Origin: Smithellaceae bacterium
Lineage (GTDB): Bacteria; Desulfobacterota; Syntrophia; Syntrophales; Smithellaceae
Length of the DNA stretch: 64,000 bases
Assembly (NCBI GenBank): GCA_963667845.2
Contig: CAXXVL010000002.1
Location: 3,200,001 to 3,264,000 of the forward strand
Direction of reading: 5' to 3'
Shown here: in pieces, positions 10,187-21,017 of the stretch
Numbering within the stretch: position 1 is the first letter of the stretch
Layout of the letters: every line of letters starts with the position of its first letter
Program-made: the position numbers and the translations under genes
Notes under the pieces: generated by a model
The model's input: the letters and a program-made list of their open reading frames with translations, nothing else
Database searches by the model: none
Told to the model about the DNA's origin: nothing

Positions 10187-10972
10187 ATGAAAATCAAAAG
10201 CGCTATGCGCCTGTTTTTCAACACATTCGGCTATGATATTCGAAGGCTTGCACCGAAAAATACAAGAATACGAACAACCATTGGGGAGTCATACGCTTTA
10301 ATTCGTGGGCTTGGGTTTCAACCCAAAACAATTATAGATGTTGGCGTTGCGTCAGGGACACCAGAACTATACAGATCGTTCCCAGAGTGTTACTTCCTGC
10401 TGATAGAGCCACTGAAAGAGTTTGAATCAGACCTAATCGCTACCCTCAGACAATACAAAGGTTCCTATGCTTTAGCTGCAGCGGGTCCAAGATCTGGTCA
10501 GGCTACGTTCAACGTGCACAGGAACCATTTGGACGGATCGTCGCTACGCAAAGAAACTATGGGGACTGAGGCGGATGGATACGAAATCAATGTGCCACTA
10601 ATAACAATAGATGATATTCTCAAGGAAAAGCAGTTAGATGGCCCTTATCTTCTCAAAATTGATGTGCAAGGAGCTGAGCTTTCCGCGCTGGATGGGGCAG
10701 CACAAGCTCTTTTGGAAACGGAAGTGGTTGTTCTGGAAGTGTCTCTGTTTGAATTCATGGTAGGGGCTCCACAGTTCTGCGAAGTGATTTCATATATGAA
10801 AGAGCGTGATTTTGTTGTTTACGATATTATTCATGGATGGAACCGGCCCTTGGATAATGCACTTGGACAAGTTGACGTCGTTTTCGTGAAGGATAAAGGA
10901 ATGTTTAGGCGCGACCATTCCTATTCGACGGTTGAGCAGATGAAAGCGAAGTGGACTGCACTTCAAGATTAG
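10187..10972 (+). CDS. FkbM family methyltransferase
   Basis: IIDVGVASG and LLKIDVQGAEL motifs. AAAGGAGG RBS before ATG 10187. Confidence 0.88.
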   Translation: MKIKSAMRLFFNTFGYDIRRLAPKNTRIRTTIGESYALIRGLGFQPKTIIDVGVASGTPELYRSFPECYFLLIEPLKEFESDLIATLRQYKGSYALAAAGPRSGQATFNVHRNHLDGSSLRKETMGTEADGYEINVPLITIDDILKEKQLDGPYLLKIDVQGAELSALDGAAQALLETEVVVLEVSLFEFMVGAPQFCEVISYMKERDFVVYDIIHGWNRPLDNALGQVDVVFVKDKGMFRRDHSYSTVEQMKAKWTALQD

Positions 10973-11340
10973 ACAGATTCGCTTAGAGGAGTCGGCCAAG
11001 AATTTTGGTTTTGATAGAAAGGTTCTTCAAATTCCACCGGCGGTCTGTATCCAAGCTAGGAATGCATACATTTGTGGTTGTATCCTTCCTGAATGAAAAA
11101 GGTAAGCCGAATCTGAATATCTTCCAGCGTCCGGTATTCCCAGAGGTAAACCTCTTCAACCTTGAGTGTTTTAAAAAAACTTTCCGTGGTGGCGTTGTCA
11201 TAGGGATTGCCTCTGCGGTACACGCTGATCAAAAAACTGTTTTGTTGTAGAGCCGCGACATAGTCATGGGAAACAGACTGGACGCCCCGATCCGAGTGAT
11301 GAATAACAGCCTTGGGAGGGATTTGAGATAAACACACCTC
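10952..11340 (-). mobile_element. IS3-family transposase remnant (integrase core C-terminus, internal stop) with probable terminal IR
   Basis: HHSDRGVQ..GNPYDNATTESFFKTLKVEEV..YNHK.MHS*LGYRPPVEFE. TG-starting end-like sequence TGGACTGCAC..TTAGACA at 10952-10975. No N-terminal ORF is visible. Confidence 0.85.
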
Positions 11341-11503
11341 AGGCTTTCGTGGTATTTATTGAGCGCATTTGCAAATACTCGTGAATAGGATTGTTTCTCA
11401 AAAAGAGCAGTTTGACCACATCACAATGATCAATTATCTGAGTCAATAAATCAACCTTGTGACACTATTGTAGTCAAAAATATTATAAATAGGAATCGAA
11501 CAA

Positions 11504-12592
11504 ATGAAAAAGAAAGTGCTGCATATTTCATCCTTTCTTCAATCTTCCACGAGACACGGTGGAACACGTCGTAGCGAACAGATTCTTGAAATGCTTGAAG
11601 AGAGAGATGATGTTGACTTAATTGTTTTATCCAATGCTATCTCTTGGCAGGAAAATGTCTCCAAATATAAAAGCATTTGGATTTGCCTGTTTTCTGTTAG
11701 CAAGATTATTTCTTCTGCATTTAAACATTTTGTTGCCAGGAGGCTTACGCTGCGGGGCGTGTATCGTTATATATTTTATGGATATCCAGTTATTTGTTGT
11801 ATAAATTCGGAGAAAATAGATCTAATTGTCTTGGAGGTAGTTAAGGGAACTTCGATGGTGGTGGCAGACATTGTCAGAATTTCTGAGTTACCATACATTG
11901 TGGTACCTCATAACGTAGAGTTTCTGGTGCATGGCCAGTCGGATAATTCTTTTTTTTCCCCTGGTGATGCTTTTGACTGGGAAGTCAATATTTACAGAGG
12001 CGCAAAGCAAATACTGGCAATATCAGAATTTGATGCCGCGATTCTCCGATGCTTCGATATAAATGTCGATTTTTTACCATATTATCCATCTAAAAGCTTC
12101 TTTGACAATATTGAAATATTCAGAAAGCATAGAGAGATTAGTATAAAGGACTTCTATCTAGTGTTTGGGACTGTGTACAATGTACCTACAAGAATTGGCA
12201 TCGAACGGCTCCTGATCCAAATTATCAAATCAGTAGACTGGAAGAAAAAGGTGATCGTTGCTGGCTATGGAAGTGAAGTATTAGTGGCTTATAAAAATGA
12301 AAACATCGACGTGCGCGGCTCAATTTCTGATTCTAATTTAAACAAATTGTTAGAATCAACATTGGGGGTCATAATTCAACAACCACAGACTACCGGGTTT
12401 ATGACACGGCTTACAGAATTAAATCTATTACAAGTTCCTGTATATGTAGTGGGCCATTATGAGCAAGCCAAGCTATTGGATGATTATGGCATTCATCTCG
12501 TGAAGTCCATAGATGAGATACTGGAAAATAAAAGAGTGCCGATTCTAAAATATTTTCAGCGTCCAAGTTTAAAGCATTTAATATCAAGATGA
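11504..12592 (+). CDS. putative glycosyltransferase (GT-B/GT4-like), AT-rich
   Basis: HGGTRRSEQI N-terminus, PHNVE, AISEFD, TGFMTRLTE; context in glycan cluster. Confidence 0.6.
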   Translation: MKKKVLHISSFLQSSTRHGGTRRSEQILEMLEERDDVDLIVLSNAISWQENVSKYKSIWICLFSVSKIISSAFKHFVARRLTLRGVYRYIFYGYPVICCINSEKIDLIVLEVVKGTSMVVADIVRISELPYIVVPHNVEFLVHGQSDNSFFSPGDAFDWEVNIYRGAKQILAISEFDAAILRCFDINVDFLPYYPSKSFFDNIEIFRKHREISIKDFYLVFGTVYNVPTRIGIERLLIQIIKSVDWKKKVIVAGYGSEVLVAYKNENIDVRGSISDSNLNKLLESTLGVIIQQPQTTGFMTRLTELNLLQVPVYVVGHYEQAKLLDDYGIHLVKSIDEILENKRVPILKYFQRPSLKHLISR

Positions 12593-13398
12593 CTCCAGAC
12601 GATGTAAGGCAAGCATGGGGTTCCACTCCTGCCCAACCGCCCTTGATCAGTGTCATTACGATTGTCCTCAACGCGGAGGAACACCTCGAACAAACGATCA
12701 AAAGTGTATTGGGGCAGACATACGGCAACATAGAATACATCGTTATTGACGGCGGTTCAACGGACCGTTCTCTGGAAATCATTAATCAATACAGGAGTCA
12801 AATAAACTATTTTATCTCTGAGAAAGATGAAGGAATCGCCGATGCCATGAATAAAGGCGCTTCTCATGCAAGTGGAAATTATCTTATCTTTCTTCATTCG
12901 GATGATTACTTCGCAAATGAAAGGAGCCTGGAAGACGCTCTCGCATTCCTGGATGAGAAAACGGATATCCTGGCATGCAGGATTCGTTTTGGGAAACAGC
13001 GCGAAATTTACGTGCCGAAAGGGTTTGGTTTTTGGACCAATTTCAAGCAAGGCATATATCATCAGGGTGCACTTTGTCGCCGGCAACTCCTTGAAGAATT
13101 AGAAGGGTTTGACACGCAATTTCGAATTGCAATGGATTATGATTTTTTTCTGAGGGCTTATCGCCGCAGTGTCGGGATCGCTAAAGCGCCCGTCATTCTA
13201 ACAGTTATGCGTGACAACGGAATCAGTTCTCTTCGGGACTGGAAGAATCTAAGTTTCCGATTTAAAGAAGAAAAAAGAGTGCACGAAAAGAATTGCCATT
13301 CACTGCCCATGGGGTTGTTGTATAAAATTTACTGGCTTCTATACCTGCCCTATCGGTACCTCTCTTACGTGACAAAACTTAGGAAGGATCGGCGCTGA
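12589..13398 (+). CDS. glycosyltransferase family 2 (WcaE-like)
   Basis: ISVITIVLN, EYIVIDGGSTD, GIADAMNKG, FLHSDD, HQG, MDYDFFLR. Confidence 0.9.
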   Translation: MTPDDVRQAWGSTPAQPPLISVITIVLNAEEHLEQTIKSVLGQTYGNIEYIVIDGGSTDRSLEIINQYRSQINYFISEKDEGIADAMNKGASHASGNYLIFLHSDDYFANERSLEDALAFLDEKTDILACRIRFGKQREIYVPKGFGFWTNFKQGIYHQGALCRRQLLEELEGFDTQFRIAMDYDFFLRAYRRSVGIAKAPVILTVMRDNGISSLRDWKNLSFRFKEEKRVHEKNCHSLPMGLLYKIYWLLYLPYRYLSYVTKLRKDRR

Positions 13399-13401
13399 AT
13401 C

Positions 13402-14409
13402 ATGAACAATGATTATCGCATTATCAGTCCGATGGGCATTGGCAACGGGGCCTTCGTTGTTCATAAATTACTCGAAAAAAGGATATCCGGCTACCGGGTT
13501 ATTCCGTACAATCCATACAGAACACTATTCCCGCCGTCTCTGTTTTCTTTGGGCCGATCCAGCCATGCCGACTTGATTCATGCCGCGCCGGATTATGCCT
13601 ATTTTTTTGCGCGAAACAATGTTCCCCTGATATTAACATTTCACAACTATGTTCTGGATCGTTTTATGCGCGGTTACAGCAGCGTGGCGCAGAACATCCA
13701 TTACCAGACCGACTTGAAAGTGTTTACCCGGATGGCTATTAGAAAGGCTCACACCCTAACGGCAGTCAGCCGATTTACGGCAGATCTGGTCAGAGAAGAC
13801 CTGAAACTCACGGAAGACATCAGGGTTATCCATAACGGCGTTGATCATGAAATATTTGTTCCCAAAAAACGAACTCCCGGTATGCGAACCAAAATTATTA
13901 ATGTCCTGTTCTGCGGAAACCTCACTCGAAGAAAAGGCGCACAGTGGCTCGTCCCCATTGCGGAGAGGCTGGATCGAAACAGTAACATTCTCTATACCTC
14001 AGGGTTGCAGCCTAAAGGCATATTATTAAATCATCCTCGCCTCCAATGCCTGGGCGCGGTACCCTATCATAAAATGACCGGTGTATATCAAGATGCTGAT
14101 ATTCTGCTGTTTCCCACGGTCCGAGAGGGGTTCGGTCTGGCGGCCGCTGAAGCCATGTCCTGCGGGCTTCCCGTTGTAGCAACCAATTGTTCCTCGTTGC
14201 CGGAACTGGTCGACGACGGCAAAGGCGGTTTTTTGTGCCCAGTGGGCGATGTAGATGCATTTGCAGACAGAATCCGTTCTCTCGCCGAAAACTCCCGGTT
14301 GCGCCGTGAAATGGGAGACTATAATCGTGCAAAAGTTGAAAGGATGTTCACATTATCTCGGATGGTTACTGAGTACGAGAAATTATTCGAAGAAATTTTG
14401 TCAAAATAA
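13402..14409 (+). CDS. glycosyltransferase family 4
   Basis: VIHNGVD, RRKG, EGFGLAAAEAMSCGLPVV. Confidence 0.9.
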   Translation: MNNDYRIISPMGIGNGAFVVHKLLEKRISGYRVIPYNPYRTLFPPSLFSLGRSSHADLIHAAPDYAYFFARNNVPLILTFHNYVLDRFMRGYSSVAQNIHYQTDLKVFTRMAIRKAHTLTAVSRFTADLVREDLKLTEDIRVIHNGVDHEIFVPKKRTPGMRTKIINVLFCGNLTRRKGAQWLVPIAERLDRNSNILYTSGLQPKGILLNHPRLQCLGAVPYHKMTGVYQDADILLFPTVREGFGLAAAEAMSCGLPVVATNCSSLPELVDDGKGGFLCPVGDVDAFADRIRSLAENSRLRREMGDYNRAKVERMFTLSRMVTEYEKLFEEILSK

Positions 14410-14418
14410 CTGAATTGC

Positions 14419-15135
14419 TTATTTTCTTAACACCGCGACAAAAGTTGGGTTAATGAAAATAAATAGTCGATAAACCCATAAAGGTACCCAGGAAAGTATT
14501 CTTGCAATATGCGGATGACACTGCATGTTATACCTTAACGGCCATTTGCAGATCCGATCACTCACGAGGCTGACAGAAAATTTTTTTTTCATTTTACGCC
14601 TGAAAGCCCACCAGGTAAGTAGAAAAATATCTTCACGGTGTCTTCCCAATATTTTCAAGAGGCGATTGAATAACCCGGCAGGCAGGTAATGCAACAGAGG
14701 TATGCCATTATGGACTTCCCACGGCCATAACCGATTGGGCGTAGCCAGATAGACCAGTCCGTTATCCTTCAGAATTCGAGCCATCTCCTGCGAGTGCCCT
14801 TCCGCATCTGCTACATGCTCAATGACATGATTGCTGACGACGATGTCAAAAGACTTATCCGCAAAAGGAAACTTTTCACCACTCAATTGAATAAACTTGA
14901 ATCCGTTATAGGCAGTTCGCTGATCAATAACATCCACACTCACCACATCAAAATATTCACCTAAGTATCGGGCTATTTCGCCACTGCCAGTACCGATATC
15001 AAGTAATAAGTAATGCCTTTCCCCTTCCCCTATGCCAAACTCTCTGAGGACGCTGAGAATTTTTAAAGCTTTATTCAATCGAGAGATATTTGTCGCAAAT
15101 CCTTTAGAATGTTTGTAATAGTTTATCTCAGTCAC
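14419..15135 (-). CDS. class I SAM-dependent methyltransferase
   Basis: LLDIGTGSG, FDIVVSNHVIEHV, LATPN. Confidence 0.85.
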   Translation of the reverse strand: MTEINYYKHSKGFATNISRLNKALKILSVLREFGIGEGERHYLLLDIGTGSGEIARYLGEYFDVVSVDVIDQRTAYNGFKFIQLSGEKFPFADKSFDIVVSNHVIEHVADAEGHSQEMARILKDNGLVYLATPNRLWPWEVHNGIPLLHYLPAGLFNRLLKILGRHREDIFLLTWWAFRRKMKKKFSVSLVSDRICKWPLRYNMQCHPHIARILSWVPLWVYRLFIFINPTFVAVLRK

Positions 15136-16358
15136 TTCATTCTACCTGTTTTTTCATAGACTCGCGCATATTTTCCAGCAACCACTTCCCAGTCAAATCT
15201 TTCTACCACGTGTTTGTGTGCTTCACGAGCCAAGCTGAGACATAAATCAGGATTGTCGAGAGCCCTGAGGATTGTATCGGTAAGAGCCTGTGTGTCACCT
15301 GAGGCAAAAAGTAAACCAGTCTTTTCATGCGTGATGATGTCGTGAATTACTGGAAGATCACCGGCAATCACGGGGCATCCACAGCCCATTGCCTCCACCT
15401 GCACCAACCCGAAGCCCTCCTGGTCACCACTCCTGGCAACAACGAAGGGAAACACGGCGAGTGTTGCTCTCCGATAAAGGACAGGTAATTGCACCTGCGA
15501 CATCATCCCCAGAAAATCAACTTTGTCCGATATATTTAACAAGTGTGCACGCTCCCGCAATTCTGCCTCTAAAGGACCTGCGCCTGCCACCCACAGACGC
15601 AGAGATGAATTTTTGGCCAGCAATTTTGGCATGGCTTCCAGTAAGAGACGCACACCTTTTTTTTCAACGAGACGTCCGACAAAAAGCAATTTACTTGTGC
15701 CTCGGGCGACTGTCGGATCGGGGGCAAAGAGATGTCTCAGATCAACGCCCATTGATATAACTGATACTTTATCCGGAGCAATCCCCATATCGACAACCGC
15801 TTTTTTCATGGCCTGGCTTACCACAGTCAGCGCCTTGCTTTTGTCCATGACCCAGCGTTTCACGCGCTGAAAGAAATTTCCGCGCAAGGCAAAGAGATCG
15901 CCTCCGTGCGATGTACATAAGAGAGGAATCTTCTGCTTCACCAGAATCAAACCGATAACGGCGATCAGTCCCTGAGGAATCAGCCAATGGGCATGGATCA
16001 AATCAAACCGCTCCCGACGCAATAGACGAGTCAACGCCCACAACTGGCCGATAAGAAAAAAAGGAACCAGCAGGTAGTAGAAAGGGTTTGACCGCAGTTT
16101 ATTCAGGATACCGCCGCCGTGCATCGCCAGCTTCTCACAGCGTTGAAAGAAATATGGAAAGCGGATCACATGCAGGCCGTCCAGAGATTCCACTGCCTTA
16201 CTACCAGGTGTGCGCGGGGAGAGTACGGTCACATCAAAGTGAGGGCACAAGCGGCGGCTGAGTTCAAAAATGAACGCTGGCTCCGGATCATTTTCCCATC
16301 GGGGAAAGGTAGAGGTTAAAACGAGAACGCGTGAACGGCCAGTAGCATTATCTTTCAT
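15132..16358 (-). CDS. glycosyltransferase family 4
   Basis: LTSTFPRW, HAHWLIPQG, HGGD, GRLVEKKG, EGFGLVQVEAMGCG. Confidence 0.9.
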   Translation of the reverse strand: MKDNATGRSRVLVLTSTFPRWENDPEPAFIFELSRRLCPHFDVTVLSPRTPGSKAVESLDGLHVIRFPYFFQRCEKLAMHGGGILNKLRSNPFYYLLVPFFLIGQLWALTRLLRRERFDLIHAHWLIPQGLIAVIGLILVKQKIPLLCTSHGGDLFALRGNFFQRVKRWVMDKSKALTVVSQAMKKAVVDMGIAPDKVSVISMGVDLRHLFAPDPTVARGTSKLLFVGRLVEKKGVRLLLEAMPKLLAKNSSLRLWVAGAGPLEAELRERAHLLNISDKVDFLGMMSQVQLPVLYRRATLAVFPFVVARSGDQEGFGLVQVEAMGCGCPVIAGDLPVIHDIITHEKTGLLFASGDTQALTDTILRALDNPDLCLSLAREAHKHVVERFDWEVVAGKYARVYEKTGRMK

Positions 16359-16681
16359 AGAGTCTCATTTAAGTTTTCTTCCATCCTGTTAAACACTACT
16401 TGAGAGAAGCCAGGAATTTAGGGCAGAGTAGCATTTCCTCAAAGGAAAGTAAATGTCCGCCCCACCTGATTTTTATCGTTATAGCCGTTTACATCTTATT
16501 GAATCAAAAAGACGCAAATGGCGATCTCAAGACCACTCTGCGCCATGCATCAAACTGACTTGCGGCTTTCTCTTCGCATCTCGGGAAATTGTCGCTGACC
16601 ACAATCAAAAGTCATTGACTTTAATTCCCATATTTTCATAGGATGTCTCGCTTCAATTCGCAACATTTTAAGGCTGATCAT

Positions 16682-18754
16682 ATGTTGACAAAAGAGAATG
16701 GCTTTAAACTACCCATTCGATGCAAATTCCCGGATGCCTATAAATACGCCTTTGCCTTTATTTCGCTGTTAATCATTTTGACAGCCATTTATTCCAACAG
16801 CTTTTACGGTGAGTGGCATTACGATGATTTTGCAAATATAGTCGACAATCCTCATATACAGATGAAATCATTTTCCTGGTCTGAAGTTAAACAATGTGTG
16901 TCCGGCATATATCAGGAGAGGCTATCACGACCATTGTCGTATTTCAGCTTTGCCCTTAATTATCGGTTAGGAGGAATGGATGTTTTCGGATTTCATATTG
17001 TTAATTTCGTCATCCATTATCTTTCATCCGTTTTTCTTTTTCTTTTCATTTACAATACGCTTAAACTTCCCTTATTGCGCAATAAGTATTCTACAATTGC
17101 CTATCCTTTGGCACTGCTTGCCACACTCTTTTGGGCGATTCATCCCCTTTTTGTCACGTCGGTCACTTACATCGTGCAGCGCATGGCTTCCATGGCCGGT
17201 ATGTTTTATATCCTGTCCATGTATTGCTATCTCAAGGCGCGAACAGCTAAAAACACGGGATCTTCAATCGCCCTCTTCAGCGGTTGCTTTCTTTCGGGTT
17301 TGGCCTCTCTGTTTTCCAAAGAAAATGCTGCCATGCTGCCCGTCAGTATCGTTCTGTTCGATCTAATCTTGATTCAAGGGGTTACCAAGGAAAATATCAA
17401 GAGATTCAGTAAAATTATCCTAATTCCTCTTCTGATGTTTTCTATCATCGGGCTGATTTACACGGGCGGTTTTTCCAATGCTCTTAGCGGATATGAAATA
17501 AGAGACTTTTCGATGGTGCAAAGACTCTTGACGGAACCGCGTGTTATCCTGTTTTATCTTACGCTATTGTTTTACCCGGTTGGTTCGCGGCTCGCCTTGC
17601 TTTACGATATCGATGTTTCTCATTCTATCTTTGAACCCTGGACAACGCTGCCTTCCATTCTATTGATTGTACTGATCATCGGTTTTGCTTTTTACATGGC
17701 AAGAAAACGCCCGTTGATTTCGTTTTGCATATTATTTTACTTTCTAAACCATCTCATTGAAGGTTCCCTCCTGCCGTTAGAATTGATTTACGAACATCGT
17801 AATTACCTGCCGGCGATGATGTTGTTTATACCGCTGGCGGAGTTCGTTATTTTTGCGTTGAACTATTTTTCTTCTAAGAGAATAATTCAGTTTGTTGTTG
17901 CTGCAGTCATCATTGTGATCCTGGTCGGTGAAGGTAATATCACTTACAACCGAAATAAGATAGTCGCTGACGATTTCCATTTGTGGATGGACAATATTGA
18001 AAAATATCCCCTCCTGAGCAGGCCCCATTCAAACCTGGGCAGAATATACTTTAACTTGGGGGAAAAAGCGAAAGCGTTCAGGGAGTACGAAACAGCGATG
18101 AATTTAAATAAATTTGAGAACAAGGCCATACGGGCTGTCCAGGAATCCAATCTGGGGCTTTATTATTTTGAGGAAATGAAGGATAACCTGGCCATGGGCT
18201 ATTTTAAAAAATCTTCCGAATACCTTCCTGAATATATTTATAACATCACCTACCCGGTAAAAATAAAACTGCGGCAAAATAAAATGAATGACGCCCTCAG
18301 AATGATTCAGAATAAATATAATACGTATCCTGATAACCGTGAAATAATAGAATTGTATGGTATGATCTGTCTGAAAAATGGAGAGATTGATGCGGCTCAA
18401 ACACTTGCGCGCAAAAGCCTGGCCAAAAATCCCAATTCCCTGCCGGCTCTCATGATCATTGCGGAAACATGCCGTATGAAAAATAACTATGCCTGCGCCA
18501 TCGCGAATTGGGAGTCAATCAAGAAGATTGCTCCTCAAAATTCCTTTGCCAATCTCGCGCTTGTCGATTTATATGCGAAAATGAAAGACACGAAAAGACT
18601 GAACCACGAGATCCGGATTTTATATTATTTACAAGGCACTTCTAATCTGGATGAATACATAAAATCACTGACCACAGATGAAAAGTTGCTGATTTATCTT
18701 CCGCAAGTTGAGAATTACGCATTTATAAGGAAGAAATGTCTCGAAATTAATTGA
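16682..18754 (+). CDS. TMTC-like GT-C membrane glycosyltransferase with C-terminal TPRs, copy 1
   Basis: WHYDDFANIVDN, RPL, FHIVN, HP..SV.YIVQR, SKENA, EHRNYLP motifs; multiple TM segments; TPR-like tail. Confidence 0.8.
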   Translation: MLTKENGFKLPIRCKFPDAYKYAFAFISLLIILTAIYSNSFYGEWHYDDFANIVDNPHIQMKSFSWSEVKQCVSGIYQERLSRPLSYFSFALNYRLGGMDVFGFHIVNFVIHYLSSVFLFLFIYNTLKLPLLRNKYSTIAYPLALLATLFWAIHPLFVTSVTYIVQRMASMAGMFYILSMYCYLKARTAKNTGSSIALFSGCFLSGLASLFSKENAAMLPVSIVLFDLILIQGVTKENIKRFSKIILIPLLMFSIIGLIYTGGFSNALSGYEIRDFSMVQRLLTEPRVILFYLTLLFYPVGSRLALLYDIDVSHSIFEPWTTLPSILLIVLIIGFAFYMARKRPLISFCILFYFLNHLIEGSLLPLELIYEHRNYLPAMMLFIPLAEFVIFALNYFSSKRIIQFVVAAVIIVILVGEGNITYNRNKIVADDFHLWMDNIEKYPLLSRPHSNLGRIYFNLGEKAKAFREYETAMNLNKFENKAIRAVQESNLGLYYFEEMKDNLAMGYFKKSSEYLPEYIYNITYPVKIKLRQNKMNDALRMIQNKYNTYPDNREIIELYGMICLKNGEIDAAQTLARKSLAKNPNSLPALMIIAETCRMKNNYACAIANWESIKKIAPQNSFANLALVDLYAKMKDTKRLNHEIRILYYLQGTSNLDEYIKSLTTDEKLLIYLPQVENYAFIRKKCLEIN

Positions 18755-18859
18755 CGTATAAAACGATGGATAAATTGCTTGTTTTTGCGAAAATATTACT
18801 ATTTGAATGCCGCTCCGACAAGGACATTGAATTGGTATTTATCGAGTAAGGTGAATGTT

Positions 18860-20938
18860 ATGCTGACAAAAGAAAATGGATTCAATCTGCGCATTCAATG
18901 GCAATTTCCGGAAGCGAATAAATACGCTTTTACCTTCATTTCATTATTCATTGTTTTGATAATCGCTTATTCAAATAGCTTTTACGGTGAGTGGCATTTT
19001 GACGATTTCGCCAATATTGTTGAAAATCCGCATGTTCAAATAAAATCACTTTCCTGGTCGGAGATGAAACATTGCGTAACAGGGATTTACCAGGACAGGC
19101 TGCTGCGACCATTGGCATATATTAGTTTTGCCTTGAATTATCAATTTGGCGGGCTGAATGTCTTCGGGTTTCATGTGGTTAATTTTATCATCCATTATCT
19201 GTCCGCTGTCTTTCTCTTTCTTTTCATTTACAATACTCTGAAACTTCCGAAACTCAAAGACCAATTTAAAACCATCGCTTATCCGGTCGCATTGTTGGCA
19301 TCGTTCTTCTGGGCCATTCATCCCCTTTTCGTCACTTCCGTCACCTATATCGTTCAACGAATGGCTTCCATGGCCGGCATGTTCTACATTCTATCCATGT
19401 ATTTCTATCTGAAGGGGCGCACGTCTGAAAAGACCGTTAATGCGATTTGTTTTTTCGCCGGCTCTGCGCTCTCCGGTTTGGCGTCAATGCTCACCAAAGA
19501 AAACGCGGTCACCCTGCCCTTCAGCATTTTCTTATTCGATTTGTTATTAATTCAAGGCGTGACTAAAGAAAACATTATAAAGTTCTGTAAAATTTTTATT
19601 TTTCCCCTGATGCTGATTTTCATCATCGGCTTTCTTTATACCGGCGGTCTTTCCAATGCCTTCGGCAGTTATGCAGTCCGCGACTTCACAATGGGTGAGA
19701 GACTTCTAACCGAACCGCGCGTTATCCTTTTTTATCTCTCCTTGTTGTTTTATCCGATCAATTCGCGCTTGACACTGCTTTACGATATCGATGTATCCAC
19801 GTCCCTTTTTTCTCCATGGACGACACTGCCCTCTATTTTATTAATCTTGTCCATGATCGGCGTCGCCATCTATCTGGCCAAAAGACGCCCCCTGATTTCC
19901 TTTTGCCTTCTTTTCTTTTTCTTAAATCATCTCGTTGAAGGAACAGTGCTTCCACTGGAATTAATTTACGAGCATCGCAATTACCTTCCGGCCATGCTCT
20001 TATTTGTCCCAGTCGCTCAGTTTATTGTTTTTGTAATTGATTATTTTTCCTATAGGAAAATCATTCAAATTGCGGTTGCTTTGAGCGTTGTCATCATCAT
20101 CTTCGGCCTCGGCGATACTTCCTTCCGCCGCAACAGCATCTTTGCCGATGACTTTCTCCTCTGGAGCGACAACATAGAAAAGTACCCGGAATTAAGCCGT
20201 CCTTATACGAATCTGGGATTATACTACCTGAGACGTGATCAAAAGGAATATGGATTACAAAATTTTAATCAGGCGCTGAAACTGAATAAATTTGCCAATT
20301 CTCAGGTCCGGGATTTCCAGTTCCAGAATCTGGGAATCTATTATTTTAAAGAAGGTGAATATGACCTTTCTTTAAAATACTTCGAAATAGCCGCCCGCAA
20401 CATGCCTTCTAATGTTTTTAATAAGATCTACATCGCTTATATCTATTTGTCAAAAAATGAATATTCCAGGGCACATCGTTTAATAGAGCCGCTGCTCAGT
20501 CAAGAGTCGGGCAGCAACCCTAAATTAAATGAAACGTATTGCCTGATATTGATTAAAGAGGACAAACTTGGACAGGCTGAGGGATGTGCAAAAAAAATAT
20601 TGAGTAAGAATCTCGACAGCACATTTCCGCTGATCATACTGGCGGAATCTGCGCGCAAGAAAGGAAACATCCATTCGGCCCTATCTTACTGGAAACTATA
20701 TCAGCTTTCTTCTCCGCTGGACCCGTATTGTAATTTAGCTTTGATAGAATTATATGACAAGATAAATGCAAAAGAACAGCTTAATGAGGAATTATCAAAG
20801 TTGTTCTGCTTTAAGAAAAGTCTATCGTTACGTTTTTATTTAAACGAAATATCACGTAATCGGAATCTTCTTGTTTATGTACCCGATCCCCGGAAGATAA
20901 CTCAAATTGTCCATGCCGCGGACATCATGAACAAGTAA
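18860..20938 (+). CDS. TMTC-like GT-C membrane glycosyltransferase with C-terminal TPRs, copy 2
   Basis: Same motifs (WHFDDFANIVEN, RPL, TKENA, EHRNYLP). Starts MLTKENGF like copy 1. Confidence 0.8.
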   Translation: MLTKENGFNLRIQWQFPEANKYAFTFISLFIVLIIAYSNSFYGEWHFDDFANIVENPHVQIKSLSWSEMKHCVTGIYQDRLLRPLAYISFALNYQFGGLNVFGFHVVNFIIHYLSAVFLFLFIYNTLKLPKLKDQFKTIAYPVALLASFFWAIHPLFVTSVTYIVQRMASMAGMFYILSMYFYLKGRTSEKTVNAICFFAGSALSGLASMLTKENAVTLPFSIFLFDLLLIQGVTKENIIKFCKIFIFPLMLIFIIGFLYTGGLSNAFGSYAVRDFTMGERLLTEPRVILFYLSLLFYPINSRLTLLYDIDVSTSLFSPWTTLPSILLILSMIGVAIYLAKRRPLISFCLLFFFLNHLVEGTVLPLELIYEHRNYLPAMLLFVPVAQFIVFVIDYFSYRKIIQIAVALSVVIIIFGLGDTSFRRNSIFADDFLLWSDNIEKYPELSRPYTNLGLYYLRRDQKEYGLQNFNQALKLNKFANSQVRDFQFQNLGIYYFKEGEYDLSLKYFEIAARNMPSNVFNKIYIAYIYLSKNEYSRAHRLIEPLLSQESGSNPKLNETYCLILIKEDKLGQAEGCAKKILSKNLDSTFPLIILAESARKKGNIHSALSYWKLYQLSSPLDPYCNLALIELYDKINAKEQLNEELSKLFCFKKSLSLRFYLNEISRNRNLLVYVPDPRKITQIVHAADIMNK

Positions 20939-21017
20939 TTCTTTTACACAAAATGTTTCAATGGATTATCAGATAGATCGATAGAAACCTTATTGAAATA
21001 GCCTCTGAATCAACAAC

